Shown here: in pieces, positions 13,001-24,733 of the stretch | Numbering within the stretch: the stretch's first letter is position 1 | How the letters are laid out: every line of letters begins with the position of its first letter | Assembly (NCBI GenBank): GCA_950097015.1 | Contig: CATNEN010000007.1 | Location: forward strand, 8,432,001 to 8,496,000 | Origin: Macrostomum hystrix | Taxonomy: Eukaryota; Animalia; Platyhelminthes | Direction: 5' to 3' | Length of the DNA: 64,000 nucleotides | Position numbers and translations under genes: made by a program | The notes under the pieces: model-generated | The model's input: only the letters and a program-made list of their open reading frames with translations | Database searches by the model: none | What the model was told of the DNA's origin: nothing

Positions 13001-16000
13001 AGTCTTCTCTTCCCAACCTCCTCTTCCCAATCTTCTCTTCCCAGTCTTCTCTTCCCAATCACCTCTTCCCAGTCTTCTCTTCCCAACCTCCTCTTCCCAA
13101 TCTCCTCTTCCCAGTCTTCTCTTCCCAACCTCCTCTTCCCAATCTTCTCTTCCCAGTCTTCTCTTCCCAATCACCTCTTCCCAGTCTTCTCTTCCCAACC
13201 TCCTCTTCCCAATCTCCTCTTCCCAGTCTTCTCTTCCCAACCTCCTCTTCCCAATCTTCTCTTCTCAGTCTTCTCTTCCCAATCACCTCTTCCCAGTCTT
13301 CTCTTCCCAACCTCCTCTTCCCAATCTCCTCTTCCCAGTCTTCTCTTCCCAACCTCCTCTTCCCAATCTTCTCTTCCCAGTCTTCTCTTCCCAATCACCT
13401 CTTCCCAATCTTTTCTTCCCAATCACCTCTTCCCAATCTCCTCTTCCCAATCTCCTCTTCCCAATCTCCTCTTCCCAATCTCCTCTTCCCAATCTCCTTC
13501 TCCCGATCTCCTCTTCCCAGTCTTCTCTTCCCAACCTCCTCTTCCCAATCTTCTCTTCCCAGTCTTCTCTTCCCAATCACCTCTTCCCAATCTCCTCTTC
13601 CCAATCTTCTCTTCCCAATCTCCTCTTCCCAATCTTCTCTTCTCAATCACCTCTTCCCAATGTCCGCTTGCCTATCGTCTTGCTCGAGTCTTTTTCCAAT
13701 TTCTTTTTTATTTAATATTTCCCACCCCAATCGTTTTCCAGAGTTTTCCAATCCTAACAAGCTTATCAACACTCTTGACAAGCTATTTTTGCCTTTACGA
13801 TTTCTCTTTTTGCGTCTAATTTCATTCAATTAGAAGCCCTTTGCCAGCCCTTGTCGAAGGTCAGAAGTCCTAACAACTGCCAATTTCGCAGATTTACTAC
13901 TATGCTCTGTTCCATGAGCTGCTGATGCCGCTGCTTCTGTTGCTGTGCATCGGCCGGCTTTGCCTCAACTACTTGAAGTACCGGTAAGTCCTTTGCCAGC
14001 AGGAAACCTCTCTGTTGAATGCCCTGAACCTCCCCTCACCTTGACCGTCGCCAACCGCTCCCAGACTGCACTGGAGCTTCGAATTCAACTTCGTCTCGGA
14101 CTACGAGCCGGCTGAAGACGAAGACGGCGATGACAAGGAGCGAAGGGTGGGCACTCAGGTCAACCTGGTGGTCCAGGTGGCCAGAAAGGTCCAGGTGAGT
14201 CCTCGCAGTTTTAATAAGAAGCAAGAGATGAGCTCGTAGAGTTCTTTCTCAATAGTGCGTCTGAAATGATTGCGTCCACAGTTTAAGAAAGGAAAAATAT
14301 TTTTTTTACTCTTTGTAGAATCTGGCTGGGAGAGTCTCTGACAATATGGAGAAGTTTAAAAAGTAAGTTCTCCGGCGTTGAACAGCAGGCTTATTTTTTA
14401 CGGACGCATACCACTCTGCACTACACCTCACTCCGCACACCCACCTCACTCCTCACACGCATCTCACTCCGCACTTCACCTCACTCCGCACATCCACCTC
14501 ACTCCGCACACGCATCTCACTCCGCACTTCACCTCACTCCGCACATCCAGCTCACTCCGCACACCCACCTCACTCCGCACACGCATCTCACTCCGCACTT
14601 CACCTCACTCCGCACATCCAGCTCACTCCGCACATCCACCTCACTCCTCACACGCATCTCACTCCGCACTTCACCTCACTCCGCACATCCAGCTCACTCC
14701 GCACATCCATCTCACTCCGCTCATCTATCTTACTCTGCACATCCACCTCACTCCACACAACCACTCAATCCGCACAACTAGCTCACTCTGCACAACCACC
14801 TCACTCCGCACATCCACGTCACTCCGCACACGCACCTCGCTCCGCACATCCACCTCACTCCGCACGCGCACCTCACTCCGCACATCCACCTCACTCCGCA
14901 CATCCATCTCACTCCGCTCATCTATCTTACTCTGCGCATCCACCTTACTCCGCACATCCATCTCACTCCGCTCATCTATCTTACTCTGCACATCCACCTC
15001 ACTCCACACAACCACTCAATCCGCACTTCACCTCACTCCGCACATCCACCTCACTCCGCACATCCATCTCACTCCGCTCATCTATCTTACTCTGCACATC
15101 CACCTCACTCCACACAACCACTCAATCCGCACAACTAGCTCACTCTGCACAACCACCTCACTCCGCACATCCACGTCACTCCGCACACGCACCTCACTCC
15201 GCACATCCACCTCACTCCGCACATCCACCTCACTCCGCACACGCACCTCACTCCGCACATCCACCTCACTCCGCACATCCATCTCACTCCGCTCATCTAT
15301 CTTACTCTGCGCATCCACCTTACTCCGCACATCCATCTCACTCCGCTCATCTATCTTACTCTGCACATCCACCTCACTCCACACAACCACTCAATCCGCA
15401 CAACTAGCTCACTCTGCACAACCACCTCACTCCGCACATCCACGTCACTCCGCACACGCACCACACTCCGCACATCCACCTCACTCCGCACACGCACCTC
15501 ACTTCGCACAACCACCTTGCTCCGCACCTAGCCTGGTCACCTGGCGCAGTCCGAAGCATACTCAAAGGCTTCTGAACCTTCTAGTTGCGGCATTCGCCGT
15601 CAGCGTTGTGCTTCCGTCATCAACCTGCCTTCAATTAATCGGCCTGTACTTTGGCGTCAAGCTCTTCGTCATCGACGCCCTGGTTGCTCGCTATCCGCGG
15701 CTCAGGCGACGATTCGATGGCGCCTCGAAGATGTGGCGAGCCCTGCCCACCGACCAGCAGCTGGGCAGCCTGCAGGTCAGCAGGGATGTTGAGAAGGTAA
15801 ATGTGACCGAGGCGAAAACTTGCGAGCCAGAAACTGTTAGCCAGTCACGAAAACAGCTGTCTGAATTTTTTAAAATACCCAACTTTTTCTCGTAAATGTA
15901 TTTTTTTATCTCCGAAAACATTTGCCTAGACTTTGAAAAAAAGCAATTTGCAGAACAAAGCAGCTAATCTGACTCTAAGCCATGTGCTTCAAATTCCACA

Positions 16001-19000
16001 CAAAACCAGCATTTCCATCATTTGGCTGAGACAAAAACTCTGTGTGCCTGTCAAGTTTAGCTGACAGCGAAAGCAGCGATGGCGTGGACTCTTTTTATTG
16101 AGGCTTTAGTTCCTGAATTGCTTTTATTTCAGTAAATCCGGGGAAATGACTTTCCCAGGAGCAGTCAATCAAGCTGCTCTGAAAAACGTTTCGGGAATTA
16201 AAGAGCTTCCTGATGAGTCAGAGAGTTTCCTGATGAGTCAGAGAGTTTCCTGGGGAATCAGAGAGTTTCCTGAGGAAGCAGAGAGTTTCCTGATGAGTCA
16301 GAGAGTTTCCTGGGGAATCAGAGAGTTTCCTGAGGAAGCAGAGAGCTTCCTGATGAGTCAGAGAGTTTCCTGATGAGTCAGAGAGTTTCCTGAGGAATCA
16401 GAGAGTTTCCTGAGGAAGCAGAGAGCTTCCTGATGAGTCAGAGAGTTTCCTGAGGAAGCAGAGAGTTTCATGAGGAAGCAGAGAGTTTCCTGATAACTAT
16501 AGAGTTAACAATTGTGTAGCAGGTCACATTTCAATGTCAAATCGCAGTACATTCTGCCTGGCTCAGACGATGAAGACGGTGGCAGCAGCCGCAAAGACCA
16601 CACTGGAAGCCAGGCTTCAGTTGCGTCTAACGAGGAGCAACCGCATCAGCAGCAGCAGCAGCAGCAGTTCTGCCAGACCTTCTCGCTGCCGGCCACTGAG
16701 GCGCCGCTGTCCCGATGGCGCGGTGGCAAGCGGTGCGCCATCGTCTGCAAGGTCGGAGAGCGCAGCCTGCCGCTGCCGAGCTCGCTGAAGCACGGGAAGC
16801 TGTACCTGACTCGGAGGTGGGTGTCTTGCAGTAGTGTTGCAGATGCAGTGTTGCAGATGCAGTGTGGCAGATGCAGTGTGGCAGATGCAGTGTGGCAGAT
16901 GCAGTGTGGCAGATGCAGTGTGGCAGATGCAGTGTTGCAGATGCAGTGTTGCAGATGCAGTGTGGCAGATGCAGTGTAGCAGATGCAGTGTGGCAGATGC
17001 AGTGTGGCAGATGCAGTGTTGCAGATGCAGTGTTGCAGATGCAGTGTGGCAGATGCAGTGTGGCAGATGCAGTGTAGCAGATGCAGTGTGGCAGATGCAG
17101 TGTGGCAGATGCAGTGTGGCAGATGCAGTGTGGCAGATGCAGTGTGGCAGATGCAGTGTGGCAGATGCAGTGTTGCAGATGCAGTGTTGCAGATGCAGTG
17201 TGGCAGATGCAGTGTGGCAGATGCAGTGTAGCAGATGCAGTGTGGCAGATGCAGTGTGGCAGATGCAGTGTAGCAGATGCAGTGTGGCAGATGCAGTGTG
17301 GCAGATGCAGTGTGACAGATGCAGTGACAGAAATTACACGCAAAGACCACTGGGAGTGGAAGAAAGGTCGAGGAACAGAAATCAATGGAGCTATGCAAAA
17401 GTGCACTAGCTAAATAAGGAATATCTTAATATAAGCCTCTTCAGTCAAAAACAGTCACTAAAAATTGGTGCAGAAAAAAGGTGAGAATTTCATTTCTCTG
17501 TAGCATGGACTGGGGGGACGCCTCACCCACCCTCAATTAGCCGAGCTAATGCTGGTAGCCAATTAACAGCTCAGTCGGAAATCGAACCCCTGACCTTCAA
17601 GTTGTGAGTCCGAGGCTCTAACATCTATTAAAAAAGCTCCCTGGTACAGTCAGTAAGGGCCATTGTTGAGAGGGACTATGATAACCAATTAGTTTGTTAA
17701 ACTGATAAGAAAATTGGACTTATTTACATTTTGAAACAATTTCTTATTAGCTTTTGCCTGCAAAACTGCTACGCCAATAGCAGCCATTCAAATTGGGGTC
17801 ACAGGGGCAAGCTGGCCCAGACAGAAATGAACAAGAGACTCTTGATATTGAACAATGAGCTGGAGCTTGGACTGAATTGTCTGCTCAAAATCTGATCTAT
17901 TCTTAGAGCTCTGAGACCGTCTCAAAGACAATCTCGCACGCTTTGGCTTCAGAGCTAATATTTGAGATCGATATTCTCATTTCCCAGTCCCTCTTCGTGT
18001 GCCTTTCCTGTGAATGCGAACAGGCCATGAGGGGCGGGTCCTCCAGGCGGTCTCTGGGGTGCATAGCAACCATGCTGATAGGGCATGGGCTGCTGGGTTT
18101 TTCGCTTCGCTGCTTTTAAGCATCTCCACCTGTCCCGCTTGGCATGTCAGCCCATCTGCCCGCTGTGCCAAAGTCAAAACTTGAAGTAGTGAAAAGATGC
18201 AGCGGAAGACAGCCGGGACGGAATTTCCTAGAAAGTGGCGAATGTTAATTAGCATTACGGAAATTGAGGCTGAGAGGGAGGAAGTTGTGAGCACAATTAT
18301 CGAGCTGGTGCTAACAACTGCAAGCTGTCAGTGCGACGCTGAAAAAAGCAAAAATAAAAAATAAACATTTGAAAAATAAGAAAAAGTGCAGGCTAAAAGG
18401 AAGACAGAAAAGTGTTCCATCACCGAGTTTCCTGTCTGAGAAAGCAGGAACTTATGGCGAGAATTTTCGAGCTCAAACAGAATGAGAACTGTGTTTAAAA
18501 GGCCGTCAGCGCTCCGCCCATCCGATCCGCAGTTTTCTCTGCTTCGAGCGCAGCAAGGACCGCGGCAAGGCCCGCAGGAGGAACCTGGTCATCCCGCTGA
18601 GCATGATCCGCTGGCTGAAGAAGGCAAGCACCAGAAAATTGCTCCAATTATCCGTTTCGGCGCTTTTTGACAAATTCAAAACGGCTTTTATCCTCTCAGA
18701 GCTGATTCAACGCACTTAGGGGATAATTAACTTAGGGGGATTTAACGCTCTCGGTAATGATGTAACGCTCTTAATATTGATTTAACGCTCTAGGTAATGA
18801 TGTAACGCTCTCGGTATTGATGTAACGCTCTTAGTATTGATTTAACGCTCTTAATATTGATGTAACGCTCTCGGTATTGATGTAACGCTCTCGGTATTGA
18901 TGTAACGCTCTTAGTATTGATTTAACGCTCTTAGTATTGATGTAACGCTCTTGGTATTGATGTAACGCTCTCGGTATTGATGTAACGCTCTTAGTATTGA

Positions 19001-22000
19001 TTTAACGCTCTTAGTATTGATGTAACGCTCTTGGTATTGATTTAACGCTCTCGGTATCGATGTAACGGTCTCGGTATTGATTTAACGCTCTTCGTATTGA
19101 TTTAACGCTCTTCGTATTGATGTAACGCTCTCGGTATTGATGTAACGCTCTTAGTATTGATGTAATGCTCTTAGTATTGATGTAACGCTCTTGGTATTGA
19201 TGTAACGCTCTCGGTATTGATGTAACGCTCTTAGTATTGATTTAACGCTCTTAGTATTGATGTAACGCTCTTGGTATTGATTTAACGCTCTCGGTATCGA
19301 TGTAACGGTCTCGGTATTGATTTAACGCTCTTCGTATTGATTTAACGCTCTTCGTATTGATGTAACGCTCTCGGTATTGATGTAACGCTCTTAGTATTGA
19401 TGTAATGCTCTTAGTATTGATGTAACGCTCTCGGTATTGATGTTACGCTCTTAGTATTGATTTAACGCTCTTAGTATTGATGTAACGCTCTCGGTATTGA
19501 TGTTACGCTCTTAGTATTGATTTAACGCTCTTAGTATTGATTTAACGCTCTTAGTATTGATGTAACGCTCTCGGTATTGATGTTACGCTCTTAGTATTGA
19601 TTTAACGCTCTTAGTATTGATGTAACGCTCTCGGTATTGATGTTACGCTCTTAGTATTGATTTAACGCTCTCGGTATTGATGTAACGCTCTCGGTATTGA
19701 TGTAACGCTCTTAGTATTGATTTAACGCTCTTAGTATTGATGTAACGCTCTTGGTATTGATGTAACGCTCTCGGTATTGATGTAACGCTCTTAGTATTGA
19801 TTTAACGCTCTTAGTATTGATGTAACGCTCTCGGTATTGATGTTACGCTCTTAGTATTGATTTAACGCTCTTAGTATTGATGTAACGCTCTCGGTATTGA
19901 TGTTACGCTCTTAGTATTGATTTAACGCTCTTAGTATTGATTTAACGCTCTTAGTATTGATGTAACGCTCTTAGTATTGATTTAACGCTCTTAGTATTGA
20001 TGTAACGCTCTCGGTATTGATGTTACGCTCTTAGTATTGATTTAACGCTCTTAGTATTGATGTAACGCTCTCGGTATTGATGTAACGCTCTTAGTATTGA
20101 TTTAACGCTCTTAGTATTGATTTAACGCTCTTAGTATTGATGTAACGCTCTCGGTATTGATGTTACGCTCTTAGTATTGATTTAACGCTCTTAGTATTGA
20201 TGTAACGCTCTCGGTATTGATGTTACGCTCTTAGTATTGATGTAACGCTCTTAGTATTGATTTAACGCTCTTAGTATTGATGTAACGCTCTCGGTATTGA
20301 TGTAACGCTCTTAGTATTGATTTAACGCTCTTAGTATTGATTTAACGCTCTTAGTATTGATGTAACGCTCTCGGTATTGATGTAACGCTCTCGGTATTGA
20401 TGTAACGCTCTTATTATTGATTTAACGTTCTTGGTATTGATGTAACGCTCTCGGTATTGATGTAACGCTCTCGGTATTGATGTAACGCTCTTATTATTGA
20501 TTTAACGTTCTTGGTATTGATGTAACGCTCTCGGTATTGATGTAACGCTCTCGGTATTGATGTTACGCTCTTAGTATTGATTTAACGCTCTTAGTATTGA
20601 TGTAACGCTCTCGGTATTGATGTTACGCTCTTAGTATTGATTTAACGCTCTTAGTATTGATGTAACGCTCTCGGTATTGATGTAACGCTCTTAGTATTGA
20701 TTTAACGCTCTTAGTATTGATTTAACGCTCTTAGTATTGATGTAACGCTCTCGGTATTGATGTAACGCTCTCGGTATTGATGTAACGCTCTTATTATTGA
20801 TTTAACGTTCTTGGTATTGATGTAACGCTCTCGGTATTGATGTAACGCTCTCGGTATTGATGTAACGCTCTCGGTATTGATGTAACGCTCTAGGTATTGA
20901 TTTAACGTTCTTAGTATTTATTTAACGCTCTTAGTATTGATTTAACGCTCTTGGTATTGATGTAACGCTCTTCGTGCGGATTTAACGCTTTTTGTGCCGG
21001 TTTAACGCTCCTTGTGTAGATTCAACGCAATTTTATGGCTTTAACGCTCTTTGCGAGGATTCAACACTATTTGTATTGATTTTTATTGAACTCAAAACTC
21101 TTGGTTTTGAATTAACACTCCTTGTACGGATTTAACGCTCTTGATTCTGATTTAATGCTTTCTTCGGACTTTTCTGGCTATTTTAACGCTTCGCTTATTT
21201 CTTTCCGGTACTCACTTGAAAACTGGCAAAATGGCCAACCGACTGTGCGCAGCTCTGCAAGGCTGTCAAAACCCGCTGACCCCCAATCCCTGACTCCCGC
21301 AGACAAAGCCCTTCTCCTGGTTGCCAGGCGGCGGGATGTCGATTGAGGTGCAAATTTTCGGCGTTGAAAAGGTGAGTTGGGACTCAGTGAGAAGTTGGCT
21401 AATTTTGCACTGCGGGGTCCATCTGGCTGATGAGTTCTCGCTCAACTGCTCAACTGTTTGAGGCCAGCTTTGCTTTGTTCCTGTATGGGTACCATGTGGC
21501 TATCAATATGGATCTGAGAGCGGTTCAATTTAGCCTGCTCATTGTTTGCACACGACACCGATAATTAGTTCTAATTGAATCAAATTGCTCGTAAAAGTGC
21601 ACAGACTGCCGGTTCTGACTGACCCAGTGACACAACAGTGAATGTCCAGATTTAGGTAACCCGCCCAAACAATAGAGTCTAGATCCAGCAAATCACAGTG
21701 CTTCATCCATACCATTCTTACCATCTTGAACCAGCCAATCACAGTGCTTCATGCATACCATTCTTACCATCTTGAACCAGCCAATCACAGTGCTTCATCC
21801 ATACCATTCAAACCATCTAGATCCAGCCAATCACAGTGCTTCATCCATACCATTCTTTCCATCCAGAACCAGAAAATCACAGCGCTTCATTCATACCATT
21901 CTTGCTATCTTGATCCAGCCAATCACAGTGCTTCATCCATCCCATTCTTACCATCGAGAACCAGCCAATCACAGTGCTTCATGCATACCATTCTTACCAT

Positions 22001-22585
22001 CTTGAACCAGCGAATCACAGTGCTTCATCCATACCATTCAAACCATCTAGATCCAGCCAATCACAGTGCTTCATCCATACCATTCAAACCATCTAGATCC
22101 AGCCAATCACAGTGCTTCATCCATACCATTCTTACCATCCAGAACCAGAAAATCACAGCGCTTCATTCATACCATTCTTGCTATCTTGATCCAGCCAATC
22201 ACAGTGCTTCTCCATCCCATTCTTCCCATCGAGAACCAGCCAATCACACTGCTTCGCCTATCCCATTCTTGCTATCTAGATCCAGCCAATCACAATCCTT
22301 CCGTCACAATTTAACCGTATTGATTCAGCCAATCAACGTAGCGCAGTAGCCCCCACCCTCCGCTATTCTATCCAGCCCCTGATCTTCGGAGGCATCATCG
22401 GTCGTGATGAGGTGTTCGACAGTCTTACGGAGGCTGGACGGCGAGCCGGGCTTCCCTGGGCTGGCGGAACGAACGCCACAGGAGACAGTCAGCAGCAGCA
22501 GCAGCAGCAGCTCCCCCAAGCGGACCCGCAGCTGGTACAGTCTGTCAGTCAAGCTCTGCTTTCGGACAGCGACATGGAAGATTGA
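10076..22585 (+). CDS. GRAMD4: GRAM domain-containing protein 4 orthologue (coiled coil, TM segments, C-terminal GRAM domain), ~721 aa
   Basis: Exons 10076-10246, 10923-11284, 12171-12633, 13892-13983, 14065-14194, 14319-14362, 15532-15796, 16548-16816, 18533-18623 (GC donor), 21303-21371, 22376-22585; phase-consistent (2166 nt). Motifs match GRAMD4 as recalled: LSARRL, RLCLNYL, LYFGVKLFVID...YPRLR...WRALPTD, HGKLYLT.SFLCFE, LPGGGMSIEV, PLIFGG..RDEVF. Confidence 0.88.
10355..10785. repeat. Minisatellite, 15-16-bp unit (agaatctgagtttcct / agaatcgagtttaca), GRAMD4 intron 1
   Basis: Related to the 9232-9942 array; the two arrays flank exon 1. Confidence 0.9.
11916..12145. repeat. Minisatellite, 23-bp unit (tgtgctgtttgaaatgtgtgaga), GRAMD4 intron 2
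   Basis: ~10 near-identical copies. Confidence 0.95.
12770..13660. repeat. Pyrimidine-rich minisatellite, 14-bp unit (tctcctcttcccaa), GRAMD4 intron 3
   Basis: Tandem array; source of the REDWEEEIGKRRLG ORFs. Confidence 0.95.
14420..15525. repeat. Minisatellite, ~18-bp unit (cacctcactccgcacatc), GRAMD4 intron 6
   Basis: Tandem array with higher-order duplications. Confidence 0.95.
16200..16495. repeat. Minisatellite, 20-bp unit (cagagagtttcctgaggaag), GRAMD4 intron 7
   Basis: Tandem array. Confidence 0.9.
16830..17330. repeat. Minisatellite, 14-bp unit (gcagatgcagtgtg), GRAMD4 intron 8
   Basis: Tandem array starting just after the splice donor. Confidence 0.95.
17490..17625 (-). mobile_element. 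Degenerate tRNA-headed SINE remnant (family B)
   Basis: Minus strand reads gttagagcctcggactcacaacttgaaggtcaggggttcgatttcc (anticodon/T-arm-like, B box ggttcgatt), then a non-tRNA body ending catgctacagaga. Confidence 0.4.
18740..20990. repeat. Satellite, 20-bp unit (gtattgatgtaacgctctcg), ~110 copies, GRAMD4 intron 9
   Basis: Exact 20-bp periodicity visible in the 60-column layout. Confidence 0.97.
21680..22330. repeat. Minisatellite, 46-bp unit (ccagccaatcacagtgcttcatccataccattcttaccatcttgaa), GRAMD4 intron 10
   Basis: ~14 diverged copies, most with CCAAT. Confidence 0.93.
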
Positions 22586-22799
22586 CTCGATGGCGATTGT
22601 GAACTGAGATGCACTTTCCAACATGTTCCATTGCACTCCACACTACGAGTACAAGATGTCTATTCTGAACTCACTTGGCCAGCACAGACCATTGAATGAA
22701 TGAATACACTGTGATTTATACTGTCCTGATATAATATATTCTTGATATTTCAGCGATTTCAATTAACTTGCATTTGTGCTTTTAGCTTTTAGCCTCAAT

Positions 22800-22952
22800 G
22801 TGTGTGTGGGTTTATTGGTTATTTGTGGTTTTATTGGTTGTGTGTGTGGTTTTATTGGTTGTGTGTGTGGTTTTATTTGTTGTGTGTGTGGGTTTATTTG
22901 TTGTGTGTGTTGGTTTATTGGTTATGTGTGTGATTTTATTGGTTGTGTGTGG
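22800..22952. repeat. 21-bp (TG/T-rich) minisatellite
   Basis: ttttattggttgtgtgtgtgg units. Confidence 0.85.
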
Positions 22953-23419
22953 GTTGTTTACTGCTTTTTTATTTCGCTTGCAATGCTTAAAAAAGTTTTT
23001 GAGCAGCAAGCGAAACGGTTGCATCGAGTTTCGTCTAATTTAAGGAGTTGAATTGTCCCGAAAGCAGCAGAGGCAGTTTCAGGCCCTGTAATTCAGTGTT
23101 TCTTGTTTTCCTCATTCGACTTTCACCAAAAACTCTAATTACTTTCTAATTTAATGTCTTTATTTGGATTCGTTAGTTTGACAATCCTGAGACATCTCAC
23201 TTGACTGACTTGGCAACTGCCCAGAACAATCCCATTCGGACAGTCTAGAAATGTTCGATCAGGATCATCAATTAAGTGAGGTGAATGAGAAGCCCTGCCT
23301 GACTGAGCAGGCGAGTTAATGAAAAGCTCGTTTAGCCCCTGCTTGAGCCAGCAGCCATGCGCATGGACAGCTCAAAGCAGGTACTCATGAACCCAGACAG
23401 CTCAGGGAACAGGTAACTC

Positions 23420-23690
23420 ATAATATTACTACTATTAATATTATTGTAGTAGGCTGCGGGCAATAGTACATCAATAGTACACCCACACAGGTGTGCACAT
23501 CTGCCCTGACTTTCTCATCGTCAGACTGTTCTACACTCTCACTGGCCCTCAATGGCGTAAACTGCACAACAAGCACCCAAGCCTTCTATCCGCGGCTGCG
23601 CCCCAAATGAATGTGACCTCGCCGCGGAATCGAGCTCGGGACCTTGGTGCGAGAGGCAAAGGCGTTAGACTGACCTGCCACTCACCCTCC
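23420..23690 (-). mobile_element. tRNA-derived SINE (family A) inserted in a 32-bp array
   Basis: Reverse complement matches 48968-49330 (gagtggcaggtcagtctaacgcctttgcctctcgcaccaaggtcccgagctcgattccgcggcgagg...); AT-rich tail at 23420-23445. Confidence 0.8.
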
Positions 23691-24265
23691 GCACAGGTAC
23701 TCATGCACACAGACAGCTCAGAGCACAGGTACTCATGCACACAGACAGCTCAGAGCACAGGTACTCATGCACACAGACAGCTCAGAGCACAGGTACTCAT
23801 GCACACAGACAGCTCAGAGCACAGGTACTCATGCACACAGACAGCTCAGAGCACAGGTACTCATGCACACAGACAGCTCAGAGCACAGGTACTCATGCAC
23901 ACAGACAGCTCAGAGCACAGGTACTCATGCACACAGACAGCTCAAAGCACAGGTACTCATGTACACAGACAGCTCAGAGCACAGGTACTCATGCACACAG
24001 ACAGCTCAAAGCACAGGTACTCATGCACATAGACAGCTCAGAGCATAGGTACTCATGCACACAGACAGCTCAGAGCACAGGTACTCATGCACACAGACAG
24101 CTCAAAGCACAGGTACTCATGCACACAGACAGCTCAGAGCACAGGTACTCATGCACACAGACAGCTCAAAGCACAGGTACTCATGCACACAGACAGCTCA
24201 GAGCACAGGTACTCATGCACACAGACAGCTCAGAGCACAGGTACTTATGCACACAGACAGCTCAG
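23690..24265. repeat. Minisatellite, 32-bp unit (gcacaggtactcatgcacacagacagctcaga), ~18 copies
   Basis: Tandem array; degenerate units also at 23360-23420. Confidence 0.95.
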
Positions 24266-24733
24266 GCCCTATAAGTCAAGTTCACCGCCTCAGAAATGAG
24301 CAGTCGCACGCACACTTGATTACTAGTATTGAAGGATTTAGCACTAGTGACAGTTATTGGGAATTATAGCATTACGCTCGTATCAGTGCGAGAAGCAGAG
24401 ACCTACGGAAGCGAACAGCGCGGGACAAGGGTGGCAGTCAGATCGGCACCTGCAGAGCTGCCCGCTGATTGGCTGGCTCGCCCACTTCCCTGTTCCCCGT
24501 TCTTCCACTCAACAGACGGCAAGCTGGGCCAAGACAGGTCCGGGGGGAACAACTTGGGTAGGGATTTATAAATTGTACGAGTCACAAAGCGGGGCTTTTA
24601 TCCCAAAATTCAACGGCCACAGTGGAGACAGCGAAACGGCTGAGGATCTGTGAGACCCACCGGCCAGCAGCGGTCGGCAGCTGGATCAGGCATCGGGGTG
24701 CCCTGACCCAATTGAATTCTCCAACCCAGCAGC

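Noticed and set aside
12654-17413. Repetitive ORFs (REDWEEE, SLRTST, MQCGRCSVADAVW) as metallothionein- or mucin-like genes
   Set aside because: They are translations of GRAMD4 intronic minisatellites.
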